Shown here piece by piece: positions 48,719 through 57,986 of a stretch of DNA of 64,000 bases (the first letter of the stretch is position 1; every line of letters starts with the position of its first letter). The DNA is from an uncultured cyanobacterium (GTDB taxonomy: Bacteria; Cyanobacteriota; Cyanobacteriia; Phormidesmidales; Phormidesmidaceae), in contig CAWBZI010000001.1 in assembly GCA_963793265.1 (NCBI GenBank), forward strand, positions 832,001 to 896,000, written 5' to 3'. Under the pieces are notes generated by a model. That model was not told the origin of the DNA, searched no databases, and saw only the letters and a program-made list of their open reading frames with translations. The position numbers and the translations under genes were made by a program.

Positions 48719-49685
48719 AGTCAGTATTCTTATTCCCTGTTATAACACCGAGAGATGGATCGCTGAGGCGATTAATAGCGCGCTGAAGCAAACCTACTCA
48801 AACAAAGAGGTCATCGTTGTAGACGATGGATCTACCGATAAAAGTCTAGAGATTATCAAAGGGTTCAAGGAAGAAATCCAATGGCAGTCTGGGCCTAACG
48901 AAGGTGGCAATGTAGCAAGGAACCGTTTGCTAAGCCTAAGCATAGGTGAGTGGATACAGTACTTGGATGCTGACGATTATCTTTTACCTAACAAGGTAGA
49001 AGAACAAATGAAATTCGTAATGAGTACTCCCAATATTGATGTTGTCTATAGCCCTGGGCTGATGGAATATGGCAGCGGTACAGAATCGTACCAGAGTGTT
49101 GAAGTCATCCCAGAACCTCACGATCCCTGGATTCTATTGGCTCGCTGGTATCTGCCACAGACAGGAAGCCCACTTTGGCGCAAGCAGGCAATTATTGACG
49201 TAGGTAAGTGGAAAACCGATCAGCCTTGTTGCCAGGAGCATGAGTTGTATTTACGCCTGCTACAGGCTGCAAAGAATTTTCATTATTTCCCTCAGGCTAG
49301 CTCGGTTTACCGACAGTGGAGCGAAGAAACTGTTTGCAAAAAAGATAAGCCAGAAGTGTTTCGGCGAAGATTAGAGATTGAGGATAAGCTTGAGGCGCAT
49401 TTAAGGGCGCATGGTTTGCTCACACCCGAAAGGCAGCAAGCTATAAATCAAGCTCGGTTCGAGTGCGCTCGTGCGATCTGGCCCAAAGCGCCGGAATGGG
49501 CTAGCAGGCTCATTCATCAAGTTCATCTTTGCGAACGAGATTTTAGCCCTAGCGGAGACGCGGCACCAGGGCTATATCGGTCGGTATATAAATCTCTAGG
49601 ATTCAACGCTGCCGAAAAGATAGCAGCACTTCGCCGCACACTATTTGTCAAATCGCAGCGTAAAGAACGCTTACAGCAGTTGTAA
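48708..49685 (+). CDS. Glycosyltransferase family 2
   Basis: SILIPCYN, VDDGSTD, ARN, LDADD. Confidence 0.93.
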   Translation: MLPKVSILIPCYNTERWIAEAINSALKQTYSNKEVIVVDDGSTDKSLEIIKGFKEEIQWQSGPNEGGNVARNRLLSLSIGEWIQYLDADDYLLPNKVEEQMKFVMSTPNIDVVYSPGLMEYGSGTESYQSVEVIPEPHDPWILLARWYLPQTGSPLWRKQAIIDVGKWKTDQPCCQEHELYLRLLQAAKNFHYFPQASSVYRQWSEETVCKKDKPEVFRRRLEIEDKLEAHLRAHGLLTPERQQAINQARFECARAIWPKAPEWASRLIHQVHLCERDFSPSGDAAPGLYRSVYKSLGFNAAEKIAALRRTLFVKSQRKERLQQL

Positions 49686-49723
49686 GCAGCTTTGTTTATT
49701 TGGAACGTTTCAAGATATCTCCT

Positions 49724-50572
49724 ATGGAAGCTTTAGAAAAACGACCGCTCACTACTCGGCATTCTCAGGTAGGGCATCTACCTAACTTGATCATTATTGG
49801 AGCTATGAAGTGCGGAACATCTAGCTTGCATCGATACTTGAACCTTCACCCGCAGGTTTGCATGTCAGACACGAAGGAGCTTGATTTTTTTATTGAAGAG
49901 AAGAACTGGCGAAAAGGTAAAAACTGGTATCGCGCTCATTTTCCGAAAAGCGCTGATATTCTGGGTGAGACTTCTCCAAATTACACTAAGTTTCCCGCTT
50001 TTTCAGGCGTTCCTGAAAGAATGCACCGGATGATTCCTAAGGCGAAGTTAATTTATCTGGTGAGAGATCCGATCGAAAGAATGGTGTCTCACTATCTTCA
50101 TCAATATACTGACAGGGCAGAGCATCGTAGCTTGCAGGAGGCTCTTAGTAAATCAGAGTCGAATCACTATATTTTTAGCAGTCGATATGCATTTCAGATA
50201 GAACAATTTCTGAAATACTACGATGAATCTGCTTTGCTCATTGTCAACTTAGCCGATCTATCAAAACAACCTGTTCAGACATTGAAGAAGGTATTTGAAT
50301 TTTTAGATATTGATCCAACATTCACGCACCCTTCTTTTCATAAGGTTTTTCATCAATCTAAGCAAAAGAGAAAGCTCACCTGGCTAGGCGAAGCCGCATT
50401 TAATCTTCCAGCAGGTGGGCGGCTGATGAAAATCATACCAGATCTGTTAGCTGAAGAGGTCAGGCAGCCTATCATTAACGATGAGTTGCGATCACGCCTG
50501 TTAGAGCTATTACACGATGACATAGAGAAGATTGAAGCGATCGCCCAACAGCGTTTTTGGCACTACTCCTAG
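49724..50572 (+). CDS. Sulfotransferase (heparan N-/3-O-sulfotransferase-like)
   Basis: IIGAMKCGTSSL (5'-PSB), HPQV...KELDFF, GETSPNY, RDPIERMVSHY (3'-PB). Confidence 0.92.
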   Translation: MEALEKRPLTTRHSQVGHLPNLIIIGAMKCGTSSLHRYLNLHPQVCMSDTKELDFFIEEKNWRKGKNWYRAHFPKSADILGETSPNYTKFPAFSGVPERMHRMIPKAKLIYLVRDPIERMVSHYLHQYTDRAEHRSLQEALSKSESNHYIFSSRYAFQIEQFLKYYDESALLIVNLADLSKQPVQTLKKVFEFLDIDPTFTHPSFHKVFHQSKQKRKLTWLGEAAFNLPAGGRLMKIIPDLLAEEVRQPIINDELRSRLLELLHDDIEKIEAIAQQRFWHYS

Positions 50573-50577
50573 ATTTC

Positions 50578-51540
50578 ATGACCATTATGACTAACAAAGC
50601 GAACGTAGTTCCTATTTCTGTTATCATTCCAACTCGCAATCGAGCTGATGTTTTTAATAGAACAATAGAAAGCCTATCAAAGCAGAATATACAGCCTATG
50701 GAGATGATTGTTGTAGATGCCTCCGAGAACGATGCTACTCATAAGGTATGTCATGCTCAAACTTCGGGTCTACTGACCAAGATTATCTATCACAAAGCTT
50801 TGAGAGCAGGCGCAGCAGTGCAAAGAAATCAAGCGATGCAGTATGCGACTCATCCCTATATTTTATTTTGCGATGATGACATTCTTTTTGAACCTAGCTG
50901 TATTTCAGATATGTGGAATGCAGTGAATGAAGATGCAGCGTTAGGGGGAGTTTGTACATTAATTACGAACTGTCACTATACAGCGCCAGGAAAAGTAAGC
51001 GAAACATTATTCAAATTTTTAAATGGTCGCGCTGAAAGAAGCTATGCCGGTAAATGTATGGGGCCTGTGCTGAATTTACTACCAGAAGACCGAGAAGATT
51101 TGCCTACTGTTGTTCCCGTTGAATGGATGAATTCTACCTGTACGCTCTATCGCAAAGAAGCGATGCCAGATCCGCCTTTTCCCAGTCATTTTGTTGGGTA
51201 TTCTTTAATGGAAGATGTCACGCTGTCGCTGAGGGTCGGCAAGCATTGGAAGCTAGCGAATGTTCGTACAGCCAAAATCTTTCACGACAGCCAGCCTGGC
51301 GATCACAAAAACGACTCGGCAGTGCTGGCTAAGATGGATCTGGTTAACCGCTACTACGTCATGACACAGGTGCTTGAGCGAAAAAAACAAAGCGACTATC
51401 TTAAGCTCACTGTACAGCAATTGTTTAGTATCGCTGCTTCATTGCGGTCTTGGAAGGGATGGGTTTCTTTACCTCGAATATTGCTAGCAAAGCTCAAAGG
51501 AGTATCTGAAATAATCAACAACCCACAGTCAGCTGGATGA
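50578..51540 (+). CDS. Glycosyltransferase family 2
   Basis: SVIIPTRNR, VVDAS, QRN, FCDDD, MEDV. Confidence 0.9.
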   Translation: MTIMTNKANVVPISVIIPTRNRADVFNRTIESLSKQNIQPMEMIVVDASENDATHKVCHAQTSGLLTKIIYHKALRAGAAVQRNQAMQYATHPYILFCDDDILFEPSCISDMWNAVNEDAALGGVCTLITNCHYTAPGKVSETLFKFLNGRAERSYAGKCMGPVLNLLPEDREDLPTVVPVEWMNSTCTLYRKEAMPDPPFPSHFVGYSLMEDVTLSLRVGKHWKLANVRTAKIFHDSQPGDHKNDSAVLAKMDLVNRYYVMTQVLERKKQSDYLKLTVQQLFSIAASLRSWKGWVSLPRILLAKLKGVSEIINNPQSAG

Positions 51541-51567
51541 AGCTCATAGCGGCAGTGATGTTCAGAT

Positions 51568-52206
51568 GTGACACAGCCAAACTTACAAGATAGAACTAAA
51601 ATGTTGTTGCGAATTGGGAAAGGGCTTTTTAGCCGCTGGCGTAATCTATATTACAAGGCTTTAGGCGTTAATATACCCGGTTATGCTTGGCTTGGCCGAA
51701 TTGAAATAGCTAGAAACTTCAGCGACATAAGGCTAGAGGCGGGATGCTCTCTGGATGACGGTGTTGTTCTTCTTAGCAGTGATAGTCATGAAAAGAGCTT
51801 CTCACTGCCTAAGATTCATATTAAAGAGAGCACCTATATTAACCGAAATACATTTATAGATGCTTGTCTATCTATCACAATCGGGCGACAGTGTGCTATT
51901 GGGCCTAACTGTTATATCACCGATCACGACCATGGGACACAATCTGAGCTGCCGCCGCTTGAGCAAGCACTGATTGCCAAACCTACCGACATTTGCAATC
52001 GCGTTTGGATTGGCGCTAACGCGACTATCCTCAAAGGCGTCACGATTGGAGAAGGTGCCGTTGTGGGGGCAGGTAGTGTGGTGACAAAGAGTATTCCAGC
52101 AGGCGCGATCGCAGTAGGTGTACCTGCCAAGATCATCCGATACAAAACAGAAGTATCTGTTAGCCCTGTTGCTATGGCTATCTCGACCCATGAATCCGCA
52201 AAATAA
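51568..52206 (+). CDS. Hexapeptide-repeat O-acetyltransferase
   Basis: ITDHDH, VWIGANATILKGVTIGEGAVVGAGSVVTK..GVPAK. Confidence 0.92.
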   Translation: MTQPNLQDRTKMLLRIGKGLFSRWRNLYYKALGVNIPGYAWLGRIEIARNFSDIRLEAGCSLDDGVVLLSSDSHEKSFSLPKIHIKESTYINRNTFIDACLSITIGRQCAIGPNCYITDHDHGTQSELPPLEQALIAKPTDICNRVWIGANATILKGVTIGEGAVVGAGSVVTKSIPAGAIAVGVPAKIIRYKTEVSVSPVAMAISTHESAK

Positions 52207-53101
52207 ACCAATGACCAAGTGTCCCGTAAGCGTCGTCATTCCAACCTACAAACGAGCTAACGATCTTCTAGAAGCCTTAAAAGAGATTCGATCGTGCAAT
52301 CCCTGCCCGTCTGAGATCATTGTTCATATTGATGGCGATGACAATACGACAGCGCTAGCAATCGAAGAAAGTTCGCTCAGCGATATTGTGGTTATACACA
52401 GCGGCTCGCAAGTAGGCCCCGGTGGTGGAAGAAATACAGCAATTGCCTGTGCAAAAAATGAGGTTGTCGCCAGTTTTGACGATGATTCTTATCCTATAGA
52501 TAATGATTACTTTGCTCGGCTCCTGCGATTATTTGAGCAATTTCCTAAAGCAGCCGTAATTGGAGCAGCTATTTATCATATTGATGAATCAATCAAACCA
52601 GATGACTTATCTGCGCAGTGGGAACACTCGTTTATAGGCTGTGGCTGCGCCTATCGAAAGTCTGTTTTTCAGTCTGTAAAAGGCTACGTAGCCCTCCCAG
52701 TAGCCTACGGAATGGAGGAAGTTGACTTGGCGCTGCGGCTACACGACGCGGAATGGAAGATTTTGGTAAGTCCCTGGCTGAGAGTTTTTCATAACACGCG
52801 GCTGGCACACCACAGCAGCAAGAAAGTGACCGCTGCGACTATCAGCAATCAAGCGCTGTTAGCGTACTTGCGATATCCGCGATCGCTCTGGTGGATTGGC
52901 ATTGTCCAGTGCGCTAGCAGAATTGTTTGGCTAAGCAAAAACAACAGGTTTAACGGCATCTTTCAAGGGATTGCAAATATTCCAAAAGCTATTATGCAGC
53001 ATCGGTCTTCTCGCTATCCGATTGCTGCTAAAAGCCTTCGATCGTTTCTATTATTAAAGCGACAGGCGATCGCTGCACCGCTTCCTTCTCAATTGCTATG
53101 A
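52190..53101 (+). CDS. Glycosyltransferase family 2
   Basis: SVVIPTYKR, GPGGGRN, SFDDD, YGMEEVDLALR; start 52190 or 52211. Confidence 0.9.
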   Translation: MNPQNKPMTKCPVSVVIPTYKRANDLLEALKEIRSCNPCPSEIIVHIDGDDNTTALAIEESSLSDIVVIHSGSQVGPGGGRNTAIACAKNEVVASFDDDSYPIDNDYFARLLRLFEQFPKAAVIGAAIYHIDESIKPDDLSAQWEHSFIGCGCAYRKSVFQSVKGYVALPVAYGMEEVDLALRLHDAEWKILVSPWLRVFHNTRLAHHSSKKVTAATISNQALLAYLRYPRSLWWIGIVQCASRIVWLSKNNRFNGIFQGIANIPKAIMQHRSSRYPIAAKSLRSFLLLKRQAIAAPLPSQLL

Positions 53102-54336
53102 CCTCACCTAATTGGATTTGCTGTCAGCTTGGCGCTCGTGAACATTACGCAGTCCCGAGAGCTTTAGAACAGTCTGGTCAGCTTGCTGCGCTGGTCACAG
53201 ATGCGTGGGTTCCGCCTCAGTCGATGCTGAATAGATTGCCTCAGCCGACTTTGAGGGGTTTGCGCGATCGCTACCATCCTGACTTAGCAAAGACCCCAGT
53301 GAAGGCTTTTACACCTGACCTGTTGAAGTTTGAGTTCTTCACTCGGCTAAAAAGGTCACCGTCTAGCTGGGAACAGATGATAGGTCGTAATCAGTGGTTT
53401 CAAAAGAAAGCTGTGCGATCGCTCAAGGTGATAGATACTCACATAGAAAAGGATCAGCGTCCCGTTCTATTCGTATATAGCTACGCAGCACTGCACCTGC
53501 TGGAATTTGCAAAGCAGGCAGGATGGATAACAGTACTCGGGCAAATTGATCCAGGCGTTTTAGAAGAGCAAATTGTTATACAGGAATACGAGAAGCATTC
53601 GGACTTAGCAACAGGTTGGCAGAAGATACCCTCTGACTATTGGGAAAGGTGGCAAAAAGAATGTGAGCTAGCAGATCATATCGTTGTCAACTCTAAATGG
53701 TCAAAGCATCTATTGCAAAAAGCGAATGTCTGTTCAGACAAAATTGAAGTAGTTCCTCTCGTGTATCAACCCCCTCAGAACGTGAAGATATTTGAACGAA
53801 CTTATCCTGTGCAGTTTACGAGCGATCGCCCGCTGAGAGTACTGTTTTTAGGGCTAGTGACCTTGCGCAAAGGAATCGCAGCGATTTTAGAAGCGGTACA
53901 GAAGCTTACTGGCGAACCCGTGGAATTTTGGATAGTAGGCCCCGTTCAAGTAGAGATCTCTGAAGCGCTCAAGAATCATCCGCAGGTGAATTGGACTGGG
54001 GCCGTACCTCGCAGCCACACAGCTAACTACTACCGTCAGGCTGACGTATTCTTATTTCCAACATTATCTGATGGATTTGGGCTTACTCAGTTAGAAGCAC
54101 AGTCCTGGCAGCTTCCGATAATTGCTTCGCCTAACTGTGGGGAAGTGGTAGAAGATAGCAAAAACGGGCTTATTCTATCGGAAGTAACCTCTACGGAGAT
54201 TGCCAAAGCTATCACCTATTGCTACCAAAACCCGAAGCAGCTATCGCAGCAATCTCGACAGGCGGTTATAGCAGATCGATTTCAAATAAGCAGCTTACCA
54301 AAGCACCTTCAACAGGTTGTCAACAATCATTATTAG
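53098..54336 (+). CDS. Glycosyltransferase family 4
   Basis: QLGAREHY, LRKG, FLFPTLSDGFGLTQLEA. Confidence 0.9.
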   Translation: MTSPNWICCQLGAREHYAVPRALEQSGQLAALVTDAWVPPQSMLNRLPQPTLRGLRDRYHPDLAKTPVKAFTPDLLKFEFFTRLKRSPSSWEQMIGRNQWFQKKAVRSLKVIDTHIEKDQRPVLFVYSYAALHLLEFAKQAGWITVLGQIDPGVLEEQIVIQEYEKHSDLATGWQKIPSDYWERWQKECELADHIVVNSKWSKHLLQKANVCSDKIEVVPLVYQPPQNVKIFERTYPVQFTSDRPLRVLFLGLVTLRKGIAAILEAVQKLTGEPVEFWIVGPVQVEISEALKNHPQVNWTGAVPRSHTANYYRQADVFLFPTLSDGFGLTQLEAQSWQLPIIASPNCGEVVEDSKNGLILSEVTSTEIAKAITYCYQNPKQLSQQSRQAVIADRFQISSLPKHLQQVVNNHY

Positions 54337-54355
54337 CGCTAAATCATAACGTCTC

Positions 54356-55231
54356 ATGCAGCCTATCAATCGCAATGATTTCGTCATTTTTCTACATATC
54401 CAAAAAACAGGCGGTATCACATTACAAAGGATGCTGAGGCGTCGGCTAGGAAAATCTATGTCTGCTCGAACCGCTGCGCTATTTACACACAAGAAACAGC
54501 CGCCAACTCTTGAGCAGCAGCTTCAGCAGAAAGGAAAAACAGATCGCTATGCAGTAGGTCACTTTTGCTATGGCGTTCATCGTTTTCTGCCTCAGCCATT
54601 TACATATATGACTTTCTTGCGAGAACCAGTTGCTAGAATCATTTCTCTATACAACTATTCTAAAACAAATTCAACAGCTTATTACCACCCCCAAGCTCTC
54701 AATCAATCTTTAGAAGAGTTTGCGCTGGAGACACAGTTAATGGAACTGGACAACGGCCAAACTCGCTTCATTGCAGGCGATTCCGAAGATTGTTTTATTA
54801 ATCGGACGCAGATAGGAAAGTGCAGTCAAACGCTGCTTGAAACAGCAAAACAAAATATAGAAGCTCACTTCTCTTTTGTTGGGTTAACAGACTACTTTGA
54901 CCACTCTGTTTTACTACTTCAGAAAATGATGGGTTGGGAGAGTGCACTGTACCTGCGACGAAACTCCACCAGTGTTAAAACCAGGGACTTTGTATCAGAA
55001 GACGTGAAACGAAAAATAGCCGAGCGAAACTTTCTTGACGTAGCGCTTTACAGGCACGCAGAAAACCTACTTATAGGACAGTTGGAAAGCTACGGTTTAC
55101 AGGATGGTTCGGCAAGCCTGGAAAGCTTTAGACGAGAAAATACAAAGTTCAACGCAAGAATTGGCCCTCTGTATACCGCATATAGCCAAGCGAAAGCGAT
55201 CGCGCGCGGACAAATAGATCGTCCTGCTTAA
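54356..55231 (+). CDS. Sulfotransferase family 2 (HS 2-O/6-O/Gal-3-O-sulfotransferase-like)
   Basis: FLHIQKTGGITL, GHF, TFLREPVARIISLYNY, FVGLT, N.LD.ALY. Confidence 0.9.
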   Translation: MQPINRNDFVIFLHIQKTGGITLQRMLRRRLGKSMSARTAALFTHKKQPPTLEQQLQQKGKTDRYAVGHFCYGVHRFLPQPFTYMTFLREPVARIISLYNYSKTNSTAYYHPQALNQSLEEFALETQLMELDNGQTRFIAGDSEDCFINRTQIGKCSQTLLETAKQNIEAHFSFVGLTDYFDHSVLLLQKMMGWESALYLRRNSTSVKTRDFVSEDVKRKIAERNFLDVALYRHAENLLIGQLESYGLQDGSASLESFRRENTKFNARIGPLYTAYSQAKAIARGQIDRPA

Positions 55232-55263
55232 AGCAAAATGCATAAATATACAGGTATAGCAAG

Positions 55264-56523
55264 ATGAAAGTTTTGTTCTTAGCATCGTACTTCCCCAAAC
55301 CCGACAATGATGTAATGGGTACGTGGGCACTTAGCCAAGCCCAAGCCCTAGTTAGGCAGGGCGTTGATTTACAGGTAATCTCTTTTACGTCAGTGCTACC
55401 GCAGTGGATAGCTCTCTCAGAAGGTGCGAAAGCCTATGCTAACTGTCCAGAAGAATACTGCTGGCCAGGCGGCGTAAATGTGCAATATCCTCGCTGGCTC
55501 TACTATCCAATTGCGCCACTTAAAGAACCTGCCTACAGAAACCCCTATTTTTATATGAAGATGGCCTGGATGTCTGCAAAGGGACAGCTCACCAAGGCTA
55601 TTCGGGCATACAAGCCAGACGTTATCTTTTGTCATCACAGCCTACCAAACGGTTGGCTAGCAGCTCAGTCAGAGGAGGTTAAACCTATTCCTCTGATTGT
55701 ATTAGAACATGACTACGACGAGATTTCTGACTGCCATCGCTACCCGCGTCGCAAAGAGATTATGCAACAAGTTGCACAGCAAGCCGATCGGATGCTAGGC
55801 GTTTCTTGTCGAATGGAAGAAGATATTAGACAGCTTTTTCCGCAAGCTTCTACAGCTACACTGCACAATGGCGTTACCCTTCCGCCTGCTGAGGTAAAAG
55901 ATCGTCCCCGACCTGTTGAGCTAGCTGATCGCAAAATTGTTCTAACCTGTGCGTTATTTGCTGAGCGAAAAGGCATTCCATTATTGATTGAAGCGTTTCA
56001 TAAAATTGCTCACAGGCATCCTAAAGCGTTGGTACGAATTGCAGGTGCCGGGCCAGATTGGGAGAAGATAGAACAGACTATTAAGCGATTGAAGATGCAG
56101 TCGCAAGTTCAGCTACTAGGAAGGCTACCTCATAGGCAAGTTTTACAAGAGATGGCTTGGTCAGATTGTTTTGCGCTGGTGGGGTGGGATGAACCTTTTG
56201 CGACCGTGTATTTAGAGGCTATGGCTGCGGGAAAGCCTATTGTTTGCTGTAGCGACGGTGGGATTACGGACGTTGTTGAAGATAACGTTCATGGCTGTGT
56301 CGTATTGCCGAAAGATGTAGATGCTGCGGCTGCGGCCTTAGACCATTTGCTAAGCGATGAAGTGAGCCGGGCTCGGATGGGAAAGAATGCTCGTCAGTTG
56401 ATTGAAGACTATTTGAGCTGGGATGCGAAAGCAGCCGAACTTATTCAGCTCTTTGAAAAGACGCTTCAGCAAAGAAAAGAGCGCTCTATAGTGTCTCAAA
56501 AAGAAGTGCCTCAGGTAGCTTAA
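55264..56523 (+). CDS. Glycosyltransferase family 4
   Basis: ERKG, EPFATVYLEAMAAGKP (E-x7-E). Confidence 0.92.
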   Translation: MKVLFLASYFPKPDNDVMGTWALSQAQALVRQGVDLQVISFTSVLPQWIALSEGAKAYANCPEEYCWPGGVNVQYPRWLYYPIAPLKEPAYRNPYFYMKMAWMSAKGQLTKAIRAYKPDVIFCHHSLPNGWLAAQSEEVKPIPLIVLEHDYDEISDCHRYPRRKEIMQQVAQQADRMLGVSCRMEEDIRQLFPQASTATLHNGVTLPPAEVKDRPRPVELADRKIVLTCALFAERKGIPLLIEAFHKIAHRHPKALVRIAGAGPDWEKIEQTIKRLKMQSQVQLLGRLPHRQVLQEMAWSDCFALVGWDEPFATVYLEAMAAGKPIVCCSDGGITDVVEDNVHGCVVLPKDVDAAAAALDHLLSDEVSRARMGKNARQLIEDYLSWDAKAAELIQLFEKTLQQRKERSIVSQKEVPQVA

Positions 56524-56528
56524 GCACG

Positions 56529-57956
56529 ATGGACTATTCAAACAACAAGCACCTACATTCACCAGATGCCTATCAGCCAATGTCGCGAGAGTATTTGCCT
56601 CCGGCTCCTAGCGCTGAGGGAACAATGTGCTTTCTAGGCGGGATTGCGATCGCCTACGTCCGATATTCATCTGAGCAGTCAGTAGTTGAGATGGCTAGTG
56701 TGGCGGCAACCTGCGTAGGCATTGGCCTACTGCTGAGCATTTTGCTAGATGCCGCTCAAGGGATACGTAACTTATTTCGCACCGATATACTCTGTTTAAT
56801 CGCTATTTACGGGCTCACGCTAGCGGAATTTCTGTTTCCGCAGGAAGATTTCGTCAAGATGGCGACCTACGAGCAAACTAAGTTAGCGCTTAGCATCGTA
56901 ATGGTAGGGATGGGAGCCTTAGCGCTTGGGCGTCATTTAGTAACGCCAAAACCCGTTTCTTCGCCATGGTTAATGCTAGACGATTTATCTAGTAAAATGC
57001 TGTTTAGAGTTTTTATCTTCGCAGCACTGTTGAGCTATCTCAATAAGCTCATGTCTGTTAATTTCAATTTATTTGAAATGATAGAGGCTATGATGGGGGC
57101 CCGATTCTCAGAGCCATGGTCAAGAGGACGATTAGGCGGATGGAGTAGCCTGCTGACGGAGCTAGCGCTGATGGTATATGTTCTGCCGCCGCTAGCAGCA
57201 GTCGTTTGGAATCGTCGCCGAGCCTTCTCTTCTTTTCAAGTCTTTATCGTAGTTTCTGTGTTCGCACTTACCTTGTTTCAGGGGTTTGCAGGCGGTACTC
57301 GCAATATTTTTATCTCCTACATTGCAACTTTCATAATGGGCTATATCCTAACGCTTCCTAGAAACACGCTAGCAAACACAGTTTTGCCAATTGTGTTAGC
57401 AGGCTTCGTAGCAATGTACGGCTCTTACCACATGCTTGAGTTTAGAAATATTGGGCTGCGAAATTATGTAGAGCAGCAGAGATATAAAAGCGAGGGCAAT
57501 CCTGATACGTTTGCGGTGGACTACAACCTGGCTTCTTTGGGTTGGGTGGCTGAAGCGATGCCGCAAAACTACGATTTTTTGGGTGTTGAGGTGCTAACTT
57601 GGTCGCTGGTTCGACCTGTGCCTAGAGCGCTGTGGCCGGGTAAGCCGGAAGGGTTGAGTGTAAGCATTGAGGAGATAGCAGGGGCAGATGGGTGGACGGT
57701 CGCCGCTACCTATTTGGGTGAAAGCTATATGATGGCGGGCATGTTTGGGGTGGTGGCGATGTCTTTGCTGTTTGGGGCGATCGCGGCCTGGTGGAATCGG
57801 ATGGCAATGCGGCAGCAGTCAGACTACGCGCTGGTGGTATACGCGCTGGGGTTTTTCGCCGCTGGGATCACGATGAGAAGCATGTTTTGGTTCACGACGA
57901 CGATTTTGCCAGTAGTGGCGCTCATTGTGCTTAGAAAGATGAGTCCTGCTAGATAG
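56529..57956 (+). CDS. Wzy/WaaL-like polytopic membrane protein (repeat-unit polymerase or ligase)
   Basis: About 10-11 TM segments, GGTRN, a periplasmic loop with RPVPRALWPGKP, LGESY...G.FGV. Confidence 0.75.
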   Translation: MDYSNNKHLHSPDAYQPMSREYLPPAPSAEGTMCFLGGIAIAYVRYSSEQSVVEMASVAATCVGIGLLLSILLDAAQGIRNLFRTDILCLIAIYGLTLAEFLFPQEDFVKMATYEQTKLALSIVMVGMGALALGRHLVTPKPVSSPWLMLDDLSSKMLFRVFIFAALLSYLNKLMSVNFNLFEMIEAMMGARFSEPWSRGRLGGWSSLLTELALMVYVLPPLAAVVWNRRRAFSSFQVFIVVSVFALTLFQGFAGGTRNIFISYIATFIMGYILTLPRNTLANTVLPIVLAGFVAMYGSYHMLEFRNIGLRNYVEQQRYKSEGNPDTFAVDYNLASLGWVAEAMPQNYDFLGVEVLTWSLVRPVPRALWPGKPEGLSVSIEEIAGADGWTVAATYLGESYMMAGMFGVVAMSLLFGAIAAWWNRMAMRQQSDYALVVYALGFFAAGITMRSMFWFTTTILPVVALIVLRKMSPAR

Positions 57957-57986
57957 ACGTTCTGTTGTATAGATTCTGCTAATGTT

